From Candidatus Scatonaster coprocaballi (GTDB taxonomy: Bacteria > Bacillota > Clostridia > Saccharofermentanales > Saccharofermentanaceae): DNA of 64,000 nt. Numbering within the stretch: the stretch's first letter is position 1; the number at the start of each line of letters is the position of its first letter. The stretch lies in assembly GCA_018064475.1 (NCBI GenBank), contig JAGHVD010000013.1, positions 9,206 to 73,205 of the forward strand, in the 5' to 3' direction. Of this stretch, positions 1 to 10,585 are shown one piece after another. The notes under the pieces are model-generated. The model was not told the origin of the DNA. It ran no database searches and worked only from the letters and a program-made list of their open reading frames with translations. The translations under genes and the position numbers were made by a program.

Positions 1-1419
1 CACCACGGAATCGAGTCCTATTATTGTGCGGAACGAATCAAGCGTGAAGCAGAATCCGGGGCAGTCCCATATCGCGAAGTCGCAATTCTCTACCGCATGA
101 ACTCGCTTTCGCGTACGATCGAGTCGGCGCTTCGCGAGAAAGGTGTGCCTTACCGCGTATATGGCGGCATGCGATTCTACGATCGTAAAGAGATCAAGGA
201 TGTACTGGCTTATCTACGACTGATTTATGCGGATGAAGATAACTATGCTTTCGAGCGAATCATCAACGTACCGAAGCGTGGAATCGGGGATGCAACTGTA
301 GAGAGAATCTTGGCCATCGCGGAAAGCGAACACACTACAGCGTTAGATGTATGCCGGAAGGCCGTGCAACATCCAGAATTGAGTCGCGCAGCAAGTAAAC
401 TGTACGATTTTGCGGTGCTGATTGAAGAAATGCGGCGAGTAATGCGTGAGAATCAAGCCTCTTTCTCTGAGTTTATCGAGTATGTGCAGGATAAATCCGG
501 AATGGTCAACGAGATCGTTGAGCAGCAGGAGAAGAAAGGTGAGATGGTTGACCGCGTGGAAAACCTCAAAGAACTCCTTTCCGAAGCAGTCGAGTTTGAG
601 ACACGTCGTAAGGCAGAGATCGAGCAGTCCATGAATCTGCCGGAAGCGGTTGACCCGAAGGAGGCAGAACTACTTGCGGACGAGCCGAACTTCGGGTCAG
701 ACCTGACCGGAATCTTGGGTGCTTATCTACAGAATGCTGCCCTATATTCTGAAGGCGATAATCAGGACGATTCAGAAGAATATGTGCGCCTGATGACCAT
801 TCATAGTGCGAAGGGCTTGGAGTTTACTTCAGTATATCTGGTAGGCGTAGATGAGACGATCTTCCCAAGTGCGCGTTCAGTTGACAGCGACGAGGTGGAG
901 GAAGAGCGCCGTCTGATGTATGTTGCGATTACGCGTGCCAAACGGAAATTGACCATAATATCTGCCAGAAGCCGTATGCTCTTTGGAAAGACCACAAACC
1001 TTCAGCCTTCTCGATTCTTGAAGGAGATTCCGAGAGAGTATTTGAACCCAATCGCGAACAAACGTCAGGAAGCACCGAAGGAGACCATGAATCCCAGATA
1101 TGCACGAGAAGGTGGATATCGGGATAGTTCAGGATATGATAGAAGCGGCAGCGTCGTAAGTTATGGCGGTTCAGCGTCTCAAGGTGCACCTGCTGAAAAA
1201 CCGTATATTCCGGTATTTCAGAAGAAACAGCCGGCGGCCTCCACATCGGATTTTACACCGGATTCAATCAGCAAGGGTATGCGTGTTACCCATCCTCGAT
1301 TCGGTGACGGTATCGTGGTTTCCTGCGAGAAAGTGGCCGGCGATGCGCTGGTATGTGTGGATTTTGACGGCATGAAGAAGAATATGCTTCTGAACAAGTC
1401 CGGACTGAAGAGAAGCTGA
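1..1419 (+). CDS. pcrA: ATP-dependent DNA helicase PcrA/UvrD family, C-terminal portion (5' end lies outside the window)
   Basis: The frame is open from base 1 (HHGIESYYCAERIK...). Helicase motif VI context is VAITRAKRKLTII. The C-terminal ...GMRVTHPRFGDGIVV... domain is typical of PcrA. Confidence 0.8.
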   Translation, partial: HHGIESYYCAERIKREAESGAVPYREVAILYRMNSLSRTIESALREKGVPYRVYGGMRFYDRKEIKDVLAYLRLIYADEDNYAFERIINVPKRGIGDATVERILAIAESEHTTALDVCRKAVQHPELSRAASKLYDFAVLIEEMRRVMRENQASFSEFIEYVQDKSGMVNEIVEQQEKKGEMVDRVENLKELLSEAVEFETRRKAEIEQSMNLPEAVDPKEAELLADEPNFGSDLTGILGAYLQNAALYSEGDNQDDSEEYVRLMTIHSAKGLEFTSVYLVGVDETIFPSARSVDSDEVEEERRLMYVAITRAKRKLTIISARSRMLFGKTTNLQPSRFLKEIPREYLNPIANKRQEAPKETMNPRYAREGGYRDSSGYDRSGSVVSYGGSASQGAPAEKPYIPVFQKKQPAASTSDFTPDSISKGMRVTHPRFGDGIVVSCEKVAGDALVCVDFDGMKKNMLLNKSGLKRS

Positions 1420-1514
1420 ACGATCACAAGGTACATAACGATTCTGTCACAGAAGGCATGTGTAGAACGTAAACGTGCTATACTGAAGAAGACAAGCGAA
1501 GGGAGGCGACACAT

Positions 1515-2744
1515 ATGGAGAAACAAGAACCGTCTTTGTTTGAGGAATTTCCAGCTGTTTTCTCACAGGTGGCAGCGCGGAGCGGCGTAGTTGACAATCC
1601 ACGTGAAAGGGAGATTCTGACGATTCTTCGAGATGAACGAGAGAAGAATCTATCACCATATGCATTTCGAACCAAAGATAGTCGTGGAAGACTCAAAGAA
1701 GAGGAACCATGTCTGGTTCGATCACCTTTCGAACGCGATACGGGACGAATCATCTATTCTCAGGCTTTCCGAAGATTGCGCCATAAGACGCAAGTATTCT
1801 TCAATGCCAAGAATGACCATATCTGTTCAAGAATTGAACATGTTATCTATGTGAAGTACATCGCGACGACGATTGCGCGAGCATTGAATCTAAATCTGGA
1901 TCTTGTGGAGGCGATTGCACTTGGACACGATCTGGGGCATGCGCCTTTCGGTCACACAGGCGAGAAAGTGCTCGATGCCTGTGCCAAGAAATACGATCCG
2001 GACATGATTTTCAGACATGAATTCCAGAGCCTTCGAGTAGTAGATATGCTGGAAGAACACGGTCACGGAAGACCGGAGGGCCTGAATCTGTCTTTCGAAG
2101 TACGAGATGGCATTGTTTCTCATTGCGGTGAGACATACAGCGAATACATTCTGGCGCCGAATCGTAATAAGCCGACAGATGTGCTTCTGGATCCGAAGAT
2201 TGCATTGAACTCGAAGCCGGCTACACTGGAAGGGTGTGTGGTCCGCATTTCAGATAAGATTGCATATATCGGACGTGATATTGAAGATGCCTGTCTGGCC
2301 GGCATTATGGAGATCGAGGATATTCCACCGGTCATTACATCTACGTTGGGAAGTACGAATTCCCAGATCATCAATACACTGGTTCGTGACCTGATTCACA
2401 ATAGCTTGGATCGAGACGAGATTCGCCTGTCCGACGAGGCCGGTGAAGCGATGAAAGAACTCTTGGAGGAGAATGTGGCTCGAATCTATCGGTCGGAGAA
2501 GATCCGCCGATACGAAGAAACCATGAAGAATGCGATCGAAGGACTTTTCGAAGCACTGATGGGCGCCATGGCGGATAAGGAGAAAGCGGAAAGATCGAAT
2601 AACCCTGTTTTCGAAGGGATGGCCAAGTATGCGAAAGACTATCCGATCAAGGATGCAAAGGATGTGCAGATGGTGGTGGACTATATTGCCGGCATGACGG
2701 ATTCATTCGCCACTTCGTGTTACGAGAACATCTACTGGATCTGA
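1515..2744 (+). CDS. dgt: dGTP triphosphohydrolase-like HD-domain phosphohydrolase
   Basis: HD motif in LGHDLGHAPFGHTGE. Length ~400 aa and the layout of dGTPase-like proteins. RBS GGGAGG upstream of the ATG. Confidence 0.75.
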   Translation: MEKQEPSLFEEFPAVFSQVAARSGVVDNPREREILTILRDEREKNLSPYAFRTKDSRGRLKEEEPCLVRSPFERDTGRIIYSQAFRRLRHKTQVFFNAKNDHICSRIEHVIYVKYIATTIARALNLNLDLVEAIALGHDLGHAPFGHTGEKVLDACAKKYDPDMIFRHEFQSLRVVDMLEEHGHGRPEGLNLSFEVRDGIVSHCGETYSEYILAPNRNKPTDVLLDPKIALNSKPATLEGCVVRISDKIAYIGRDIEDACLAGIMEIEDIPPVITSTLGSTNSQIINTLVRDLIHNSLDRDEIRLSDEAGEAMKELLEENVARIYRSEKIRRYEETMKNAIEGLFEALMGAMADKEKAERSNNPVFEGMAKYAKDYPIKDAKDVQMVVDYIAGMTDSFATSCYENIYWI

Positions 2745-2769
2745 TCGAGAAGAAGAAAAGGAAGAGAAA

Positions 2770-3381
2770 ATGGAAACAAACGATAGACAATACAATTTCT
2801 ATGCCATGCTGGACCGCATGCAGTATATCCAGCGTTGGGGCCTGATGCGAAATACGCGCCAGGAAAACTTGAAGGAACATAGCTTTGACGTGGCCGTTAT
2901 CGCACATGCATTGGTGTTGATCCACAACGAAATCCTGAAGAAAGAACCGATTGATCCGCTTCTGACGATGGCGGAAGCGTTGTATCACGATGTGTCGGAG
3001 ATCATCACGGGAGACTTACCGACACCAATCAAGTATAAGAATCGCGAATTGAAGACCGCATACAAGGCAGTGGAAGCACAGGCATCGGAAAGTTTGCTGT
3101 CATTGTTGCCGGATGAAATGCGAAATGAGTATCAGGCACTGCTCCTTCCGAACTTGGAAGACGAGAAGCGTAAGGAGATCCACCAGCTTGTGAAAGTGGC
3201 AGATCGACTGAGTGCATATCTCAAATGTCTGATGGAGGAGAAAGCCAATAATGACGAGTTCCGTTCAGCCAAAGAAAGTATTGAGACATCTATCCACGAC
3301 CTGAATTGCGAAGAAGCCGAATTCTATATGGCACATTTTGTTCCACCATATGGCATGACACTGGACGAAATCAGCAAGTAA
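2770..3381 (+). CDS. HD-domain 5'-deoxynucleotidase (YfbR-like)
   Basis: HSFDVAVIAHAL ... YHDVSEIITGDLPTPIKY fits the YfbR/HD hydrolase signature. About 200 aa. Confidence 0.7.
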   Translation: METNDRQYNFYAMLDRMQYIQRWGLMRNTRQENLKEHSFDVAVIAHALVLIHNEILKKEPIDPLLTMAEALYHDVSEIITGDLPTPIKYKNRELKTAYKAVEAQASESLLSLLPDEMRNEYQALLLPNLEDEKRKEIHQLVKVADRLSAYLKCLMEEKANNDEFRSAKESIETSIHDLNCEEAEFYMAHFVPPYGMTLDEISK

Positions 3382-3391
3382 AGGAAAGAAC

Positions 3392-5944
3392 ATGGGAGAT
3401 AAGTTCCGAAGATTATATATCGTGCTGGCTATTGTGGCCGGCATGCTGGGCGTAATCATCCTGATTGTTGTAAGTGGTGCACTGATCAGCCTACAGGGTG
3501 GAGCATCTTTATCACAAGAAGATAAGGATGCCATGTATCGCACGGCAGTACTTACGCATACTGAAGCTGCGTTGCCGTACTGGGAAAGAGAAGTCCAGTT
3601 GGGACATGTAGCCATCAGTGACTATGTGGAGAACCAGTTTACATCGCATCAGTATCTGCTTTCCGGTAAGGATGATGTTGCTTTCGCATCCGATCTAGCC
3701 TGCGTAGCGTATAACGATGCCTATGACACGGAAGAAATTGAAGAGTTGCTTCAAGATGCCTCGAGAAGGTATGTCATCGAACAGGTCATCAGTGGCGTGG
3801 ATGAATCCTATGCCCCCATCAACGGGTTCAAAGAGAAGATGGCTACGAGTTGCAGTGATATTGTGGTGAGAAGCCCCCTTGAAAATGAAGAAGGATATGC
3901 GTTCGGTATTCGTAGGATCGAGGGCACAATGGAAGTCGAAGGCAAGGAGATGCGCGCGGACTTCTTTGTAGACCAGTCTTTGCGACCGAGTGAAATATAT
4001 GTACCGCAGACATCCGGGCAAGTTGACTTCACGATGGAGTGGAATACGAAGGGGGAGAATCCGGGCCAACATGAGGTCGTCATTCTTCTTCGTACTTCGG
4101 ATGGCCGTGGACAAGTCGTGACCGGAGGTGAGGTCACGATCCCTGCCTGCACGACGATTGAGAATGATACAGTCGTGCCGAGTTCTATTGTAGCGGGCAC
4201 ACAAGAGTCCTGGTATGAGATCAATGCCGAGAATCGTGATGTATATGTAAACATACTAGAGGCTTCTATAGACATCTCTGCGTCACTCTATGATCGCTTC
4301 GGAAATCTGGTCGGTTCCAATGACTTGAGTAACGTGGATTACGAAGTGTTGCGCGGAAAGTGCCAGCTTCAAGACACAGAGGTTCGGATGGATGAATACG
4401 ATGAGACCGCAAATGAATTCTTCATCCGCGTGAGAAGAAGTGAACACGCGGCACCATCTGTTGCGGAGATCTCATATGTGATGGTTCAGTCGAAAGAAGT
4501 AGCTACCTCGGAGAACACAGGCTATCTGGCGATCCTGAGTGATGTTGGACCGGTACCGACTCCGAGACCTACGACTTCAGTATCGGACGATGAATTGAAT
4601 GCCGTCGTGCAGTGTGTGGATGAGAGTGGCCGCGTGTTGGAACTGACACGCTCCAGCCTTTCATTTGTGCCGCTGAACGGATTCCTGACGGAACTTGATT
4701 TTATCAACGGAGAGGACGAAGTCCTGCCCATCTATCCGGAGTTCTCCATGGATACCTACGACTACGCGCTGGTTGGCGATTCGTTCGAGAAAATAGGTGT
4801 TCGGTATACATCTGTGGAAGGCTATGCATCGAAGATCGGCGTGGAGAATACGTCCTTGTTCGATCCCATACCGGGTGAACTCCAGACTGTTCGTACGCAA
4901 GAAGGCCGCAACGAGGTAGTGGTTACCGTGCTCTCCATAGATGGCTCGAAGCGGACATACACACTTCATCTTCTACAAGGTCAGGACGCAGAGGGTTTCC
5001 GTAGTGCGACGATGTCACAGTTCCCGCAGTCCTACAGCGATGGTTTGTGGCTCCTACACTGCCTGCATCCGAATTATCAGTTCGAAGCCTACCACGTCAA
5101 CACTACTTTCGCAGAAGTGTTGGAGAATGAGGATCATGGCAGCCGTAGTCTTGCAAGTTCATACTACAATCCGTCTTGGGTGAAGAAGAATAGCCCAGTA
5201 TACGATGGAAGTTCGTGGAAAGCCGCCAAACCCGAGGTGATTGCTTATTTCTTGGATCCCAGAAATTTCCTGACGCCAACCGGTATTTTCCAGTTCGAGA
5301 AATTGTCCTTCGATGACCGTGTGCATACGATCGACGGAATCAATATCATGATCCGTAATTCTTTCATGAACGAAGAAGATCCGCCTTATGCACAGATTCT
5401 GTTGAAGGCCGGTAAAGAAGCGAATGTATCGCCGTATTTCCTGACAAGTCGTATTATCCAAGAGATGGGACGTGATGGCGAATCAGAACTGGCCCATGGC
5501 ACATTACCGGGTTACGAGGGATATTATAACTTCTACAATATCGGCTCCACACCTGATCCAGAAGTGAAGAACGGTGCTCGAATCAATGGCGCGAAGTATG
5601 CAAAGTATGGTTCGGAACCGCAGAAGAAGGAGATTACGCCGGAGGAAGAAGCGCTTCTTCTTCCGTGGACAACACCGGAAAAAGCCATCTGTGGCGGTGC
5701 ACTTTGGATTGCACGAAGCTACATCGAGATCGGTCAGGATACGCTTTATTTCCAGAAATTCGACATCGTTGAGAATGAGGATGGGCTGTATCAACACCAA
5801 TATGCACAGAATATTTCTATGGCTTCCAATGAAGGTGTTCGGTACTATAACGCATATGCATCACAGGATATGTTGGAGTCTTCGTTCGTCTTTGTCATCC
5901 CGGTTTATGAAGATATGCCGAACGATTATGGCAAAATACCGTAA
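3392..5944 (+). CDS. membrane-anchored extracellular protein with a C-terminal glucosaminidase-type (cell-wall hydrolase) domain
   Basis: N-terminal TM helix (LYIVLAIVAGMLGVIILIVV). The C-terminal region (...SPYFLTSRIIQEMGRDG...GYYNFYNIGSTPD...) resembles mannosyl-glycoprotein endo-beta-N-acetylglucosaminidase domains. The family assignment rests on motif memory only. Confidence 0.45.
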   Translation: MGDKFRRLYIVLAIVAGMLGVIILIVVSGALISLQGGASLSQEDKDAMYRTAVLTHTEAALPYWEREVQLGHVAISDYVENQFTSHQYLLSGKDDVAFASDLACVAYNDAYDTEEIEELLQDASRRYVIEQVISGVDESYAPINGFKEKMATSCSDIVVRSPLENEEGYAFGIRRIEGTMEVEGKEMRADFFVDQSLRPSEIYVPQTSGQVDFTMEWNTKGENPGQHEVVILLRTSDGRGQVVTGGEVTIPACTTIENDTVVPSSIVAGTQESWYEINAENRDVYVNILEASIDISASLYDRFGNLVGSNDLSNVDYEVLRGKCQLQDTEVRMDEYDETANEFFIRVRRSEHAAPSVAEISYVMVQSKEVATSENTGYLAILSDVGPVPTPRPTTSVSDDELNAVVQCVDESGRVLELTRSSLSFVPLNGFLTELDFINGEDEVLPIYPEFSMDTYDYALVGDSFEKIGVRYTSVEGYASKIGVENTSLFDPIPGELQTVRTQEGRNEVVVTVLSIDGSKRTYTLHLLQGQDAEGFRSATMSQFPQSYSDGLWLLHCLHPNYQFEAYHVNTTFAEVLENEDHGSRSLASSYYNPSWVKKNSPVYDGSSWKAAKPEVIAYFLDPRNFLTPTGIFQFEKLSFDDRVHTIDGINIMIRNSFMNEEDPPYAQILLKAGKEANVSPYFLTSRIIQEMGRDGESELAHGTLPGYEGYYNFYNIGSTPDPEVKNGARINGAKYAKYGSEPQKKEITPEEEALLLPWTTPEKAICGGALWIARSYIEIGQDTLYFQKFDIVENEDGLYQHQYAQNISMASNEGVRYYNAYASQDMLESSFVFVIPVYEDMPNDYGKIP

Positions 5945-6025
5945 AAGATTTGCGAATGCATGGGCTTTCCTTTATAATGCAGGCAGATATATCGAAAAGA
6001 ACAGACATTGGGTGCTGCATTACAT

Positions 6026-7504
6026 ATGAGAAAACAATTCATGAAAACGACGGGGAAAGTCTTACTTTCTCTTTGCCTTACGCTGATATTTATTCTACTG
6101 CCGTTGCAGACAAATCGTGCAGCAGGTGGTGTCACGGTGAATCTTGCTTTCCGCGAAGCTTCGGCTCAGCAAGGTGAGGTCGTCACTTTGAATGTAAGCT
6201 TCAGTACGTTCCCGTCCATTACACGATTCGGACCGATTGAAGTTGGTTACGATGCGGGTGCGCTGGAACTTCAGGATGTGACGATTGGAAGAGACTTGCA
6301 TGGCTTCAAGCTGGATTACGAGATGGCTGAAAGCGGCGCTGCAGTGGTTTTCTCAGCGGTAAATGAGAAAGAAGAGGAGTCGATCCTTCAGAACTCGACG
6401 GGTGAGAATACGGATCAGACGACTCCCGGTACGCCAACGACTAATGTATTTTCCAGTGATAGCTCGGTTGTAGTTGCATCCATCCGTTTCCTTGTAAAAC
6501 CAGAAGCAAGAGGCGAAGTGAAAGCATGGCTGGGAAGCATCTCCGGACTTCGGGACAGTGCACTGGAGAGCGTCGTGGCCGGAGCAGGAACCGGTGCATC
6601 TTTCATCGTACAGGCCATGGTGTCTTCCGAAGCAACACTGTCATCACTGTCGGTGGGATCTTTCGCCATCGAGCCGGAATTCGATCCAGGTATTTTTTCC
6701 TATAAGATGACGGTGTCAAAGAATGTGACTGATGTGACGATCCATGCAGTCGCCTATAACCTGAATTCCAAAGTGACCATTGAAGGTGAATCCAATCTCG
6801 TGATCGGCAATAATACTGCATCGGTGACGGTAACGGCAGAAGATGGTGAGAACGTCAAGGTCTATACGATCGAGATCTATCGTTCCGATGCGCTTCTGGT
6901 CGAAAATATTCAGTTCGAGGACAAGGATGGACAGAAGTACTTCTTCTCCTCGTTCCCGGAGAAACTTGTCATTCCGAGTGAATTCTACCAATCCACATGT
7001 TATGTGGATGGCAACGAAGTGCCATGCTTCCGCCGGGACGGTGTGCTGAGTGTTCTGCTATATTGCCGCAAAGAGGCCTCAAGATCAGAGCTTTATATCT
7101 ATAACCAAGAGACGGACACCATGCGCCGATATGAACCGGGCAAGATGATCTTGCGTTCATCGGCCGTCCTGACCGTGGTGGAGAAACCAACGGGCGTGAT
7201 GATTCCGGAAGGATTTGTGGCCGGCAAAGTGACGTATGGTTCTGGCGAGATCGATGGTTATATCTCTGAGAAGGATTCTACGCGTATTGTGTATCTGCAG
7301 TCAGAAGATGGCAATGCGAGGTTTTATGTGTTGGAATCTTCCGGGGAAGTTTACCCATATCGCGTGCCGAAGAACAACAGTAGACTGTTTTTGTATTTGT
7401 GCATTGTTTGTGCTAGTATAGCGGTGGTCGAAGCGCTGATCATCGGTTATCTGGTATATCGAAGAAGAGCGTATCGCCGTAAGGTAAATCCGAAGAGAGT
7501 CTGA
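6026..7504 (+). CDS. cell-surface protein with a cadherin-like beta-sandwich domain and a C-terminal TM anchor
   Basis: Signal peptide (MRKQFMKTTGKVLLSLCLTLIFILL). The LSSLSVGSFAIEPEFDPGIFSYKMTV...VTIHAVAYN block is typical of the clostridial cadherin-like domain. A TM helix plus basic tail (YRRRAYRRKVNPKRV) closes the protein. Confidence 0.5.
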   Translation: MRKQFMKTTGKVLLSLCLTLIFILLPLQTNRAAGGVTVNLAFREASAQQGEVVTLNVSFSTFPSITRFGPIEVGYDAGALELQDVTIGRDLHGFKLDYEMAESGAAVVFSAVNEKEEESILQNSTGENTDQTTPGTPTTNVFSSDSSVVVASIRFLVKPEARGEVKAWLGSISGLRDSALESVVAGAGTGASFIVQAMVSSEATLSSLSVGSFAIEPEFDPGIFSYKMTVSKNVTDVTIHAVAYNLNSKVTIEGESNLVIGNNTASVTVTAEDGENVKVYTIEIYRSDALLVENIQFEDKDGQKYFFSSFPEKLVIPSEFYQSTCYVDGNEVPCFRRDGVLSVLLYCRKEASRSELYIYNQETDTMRRYEPGKMILRSSAVLTVVEKPTGVMIPEGFVAGKVTYGSGEIDGYISEKDSTRIVYLQSEDGNARFYVLESSGEVYPYRVPKNNSRLFLYLCIVCASIAVVEALIIGYLVYRRRAYRRKVNPKRV

Positions 7505-7515
7505 GGAATTTGTGA

Positions 7516-8079
7516 ATGAGTGAGAATGTTGAACCATCCGGATTGAAGAAACTGATGAGAAACAAGAAGATCCAGGAACTTTTCTGGTATTTTGTGTTTG
7601 GTGTATTGACGACGATTGTTAACTTGGTGGTATTTGCGATACTGGATAAGTTGATCGGTGCACACTGGGAAGTGAAGATCATCCGCTGGAACATCGACCT
7701 GTTCACCGTGTTCATCAATGTTGTAGCATGGGTGGCCGCCATTGTCTTTGCGTACGTCACCAACAAGCTCTTCGTCTTCCACACAAAGGGAAACATCAAG
7801 AAAGAGTTTATCAGCTTCGTAGTGGCACGACTCTTTACTTTCTTTGCATTCGAAGTTGGCCTGTTCACACTGGGCCTGATGGTCATGGAGAACTCTTTCA
7901 ATATGCCGGCAGAAGATCTGCTCATCAACTGCTTCGGCTTCGAAGTAACCAATAAATACATCGTCAAAATGTTCATCGCAGTATTCGTAGTCGTTGCGAA
8001 CTATGTGTTCAGTAAGCTCTTCATCTTCAAGAAGAAAGATGAGCAGAAGGTTGAAGAGAAGATCGAGAAAGAGGCGTAA
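7516..8079 (+). CDS. GtrA-family polysaccharide biosynthesis membrane protein
   Basis: Small 4-TM protein. The N-terminal YFVFGVLTTIVNLVVFAIL block is characteristic of GtrA. Confidence 0.7.
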   Translation: MSENVEPSGLKKLMRNKKIQELFWYFVFGVLTTIVNLVVFAILDKLIGAHWEVKIIRWNIDLFTVFINVVAWVAAIVFAYVTNKLFVFHTKGNIKKEFISFVVARLFTFFAFEVGLFTLGLMVMENSFNMPAEDLLINCFGFEVTNKYIVKMFIAVFVVVANYVFSKLFIFKKKDEQKVEEKIEKEA

Positions 8080-8085
8080 GACGAC

Positions 8086-9510
8086 ATGGTTGATCTCAAC
8101 GCGCCGGCATTCCTCCAGAGTGCCAACAAATTTGGAATCAAGCTGGGCTTGGAACGTATGCAGGCCCTCCTTCTGAAATTAGGAAATCCGGAAAAATCAC
8201 TTCATGCGTATCACATTGCCGGTACGAACGGCAAAGGGTCGGTCAGCGCGTATTGCGCGTCCATGCTGGCCTGGGATGGCAAGAAAGTCGGACTATATAC
8301 TTCCCCATTCTTGGAGCGTTTCTCAGAAAGGATCCGCGTGCTGGATGGACGGGAAGGACTGCTTACCTGGGAACAAGACGATACCTATGGGGAGATCGAT
8401 GCGAAGCGTCTCTCGGAACTCTCGGATCTTGTGGAGTCCAAGGTAGCGGAACTGATTGCTGAAGGACAGGAACACCCAACCGAGTTCGAGCTCGTGACGG
8501 CGGTGGCTTTCTTATATTTCAAAGAACAGCAGTGTGACGCAGTGGTACTGGAGACAGGCCTTGGCGGAAGACTGGATTCAACGAACGTAATCGAGCAGCC
8601 CGCTGCAACCATCATCACGGCACTGGGCTACGATCACATGGATCGCTTGGGCGATACCCTCGGGAAAATCGCCGGCGAGAAGGGCGGCATCATCAAGGAA
8701 GGTTGCCCGGTATTTGCTATCGATACTCATCAGTCCGCGGTAGAAGCCGCGGATGCGGAAGAAGCCAAGCAGGTCATAGAAGATATCGCCGCTTCTAAAC
8801 ATGCACCACTGACCTGGGTGCCGGTCCATGCAGCCGAGCGGACCAGCCAGAACCTGAACGGACAGATTTTTACTTATGAGGGGAAAACCTACAATATTCG
8901 CATGCACGGTGGTTATCAGCTGGATAATGCGACATTAGCGCTGACCGCCATGAAGGACTTCGTCTCACAAGAAGCGCGACAGGAAGGACTTGCCCATACC
9001 ATGTGGAAGGGACGCCTGGAAGCCATCTCCCAGCAGCCGACCATCATCCTGGACGGCGCACATAACCCACAAGGTATCACGTCATTCGTTGCTTTTACCG
9101 ACGAGATGGAAACACTCAAAGATCTTCCCCCGTGTGAAGTGATTATGGGCGTCATGGCGGACAAAGATGTCACGCAGATGCTCTCGATCCTAGTCGAGAA
9201 CTGGAACGTGCCGTTGGGTAGAATTACCCTAGTGACGCCACATCAGAAACGGGCCATGCCGGCGCAGGAACTCCGGGACGCATGGGAGCAGACTTTGCGG
9301 AATGGTTTTGCGTTTTACAATTCCAGTTCGTGTATGTATAATGCTAGGGAAAAACTGATTGTGGTGGAAGAATCCGAGGTCGCCTGCCGAAATGCAGTAG
9401 ACCGCGCGATCCGCACCGGTGCACCGATCTACATGATCGGCTCCCTCTATCTTCTTGGCGAAGCGAGAGGCGTCATCTTAGATGCACTGCACCAACACGG
9501 TCTGAAGTAA
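8086..9510 (+). CDS. folC: bifunctional folylpolyglutamate synthase / dihydrofolate synthase (Mur ligase family)
   Basis: P-loop HIAGTNGKGSV. Mur-ligase central and C-terminal domain organisation. Confidence 0.8.
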   Translation: MVDLNAPAFLQSANKFGIKLGLERMQALLLKLGNPEKSLHAYHIAGTNGKGSVSAYCASMLAWDGKKVGLYTSPFLERFSERIRVLDGREGLLTWEQDDTYGEIDAKRLSELSDLVESKVAELIAEGQEHPTEFELVTAVAFLYFKEQQCDAVVLETGLGGRLDSTNVIEQPAATIITALGYDHMDRLGDTLGKIAGEKGGIIKEGCPVFAIDTHQSAVEAADAEEAKQVIEDIAASKHAPLTWVPVHAAERTSQNLNGQIFTYEGKTYNIRMHGGYQLDNATLALTAMKDFVSQEARQEGLAHTMWKGRLEAISQQPTIILDGAHNPQGITSFVAFTDEMETLKDLPPCEVIMGVMADKDVTQMLSILVENWNVPLGRITLVTPHQKRAMPAQELRDAWEQTLRNGFAFYNSSSCMYNAREKLIVVEESEVACRNAVDRAIRTGAPIYMIGSLYLLGEARGVILDALHQHGLK

Positions 9511-9532
9511 GGAAAAAGACAGGACAGCACAT

Positions 9533-10546
9533 ATGGATTGGAAAACAGCAGGACAGACAATACCGGAAATCACCATCCGTGACTTGGTTGTTTTCCGTCT
9601 CCCACCGGAGGAGGCGGAGCAGCTCGCGCACCAGTACAATCGTGCGGTCTTTAACATCAATAACGATGGCGCAGATGTGGCCATCATCTCCCTGAAGAAG
9701 ATCATCACGGATCACCCGGACTGGGGCGAAGCTTCGTTACTGTTCGGTATCTGCGTGGCCCAGTGCGGCGAGTATCACAGATCGTTGGCCTGCTTCGAGC
9801 ACGCCCTGACCTGTGGCCTTCATTCCCAGTCCATGACGGAGCTTGCGCAGTTCTGTCTGGCCCAAGCCAAGACGGATTCGGATAAGGCGCAGAATGAAGC
9901 AGAGAAGAAAACATCTGAAGAATCTCCGTTAAAAGCACTGTCCACGTCCATTATGCGTCAGGAGTCGCCGATGGTGGCAGAGGCAGAGAACCGCGAACGC
10001 ATTCACGTGCAGGCGCCGATCCTCATCAAGGCGCCGAAGAAGCCGAGAAAGAGAAGGATTGCGACAGAGAAAGAGATTCGCGATGCACTGGCCCAGTCGA
10101 CCTCGTCAAATGGTGAGATCCCGGATGAAGAGATCAATGTAGATTTCCCCAAGACACCGGCCGAGAAAATGCGAACGACCTTGATCGTACTGGCTGTCAT
10201 TGCCGTACTGGTCGGACTGTTTTTCCTGGTTCGCTACGTCATTCTTCCTATATTCGACCGATCTGAAGCGAAGACGAATGAGAAGAAGATAGAATATTTG
10301 GAAGAAGCGCTCGCGGCGCACAAAGATGAGCCTGTTATCGCAGAGATCCTGGCGGGTTACCAACAAGAATTTGCCGAGGACGACGATACTGCAACGTCCA
10401 CTACAGAAACTTCTGTAGATGCGGAGACCACGACCACCGCAGAGACGACTACCGCAGAGACGACTACCGCGGACACGCCCGCGGAAACGACGGCAGAAGA
10501 TACTACCCCCGCAGACACCGTGGCAGACACTGCGAGTGAGACTTGA
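9533..10546 (+). CDS. hypothetical bitopic membrane protein with an N-terminal TPR-like region and a Thr/Glu/Ala-rich low-complexity C-terminal tail
   Basis: Single TM helix (LIVLAVIAVLVGLFFLV). The C-terminus is ETTTAETTTAETTTADTPAETTAEDTTPADT. Confidence 0.5.
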   Translation: MDWKTAGQTIPEITIRDLVVFRLPPEEAEQLAHQYNRAVFNINNDGADVAIISLKKIITDHPDWGEASLLFGICVAQCGEYHRSLACFEHALTCGLHSQSMTELAQFCLAQAKTDSDKAQNEAEKKTSEESPLKALSTSIMRQESPMVAEAENRERIHVQAPILIKAPKKPRKRRIATEKEIRDALAQSTSSNGEIPDEEINVDFPKTPAEKMRTTLIVLAVIAVLVGLFFLVRYVILPIFDRSEAKTNEKKIEYLEEALAAHKDEPVIAEILAGYQQEFAEDDDTATSTTETSVDAETTTTAETTTAETTTADTPAETTAEDTTPADTVADTASET

Positions 10547-10585
10547 TATAACGCATTCAATACATAGAAGAGGAGTGATTGTTCT

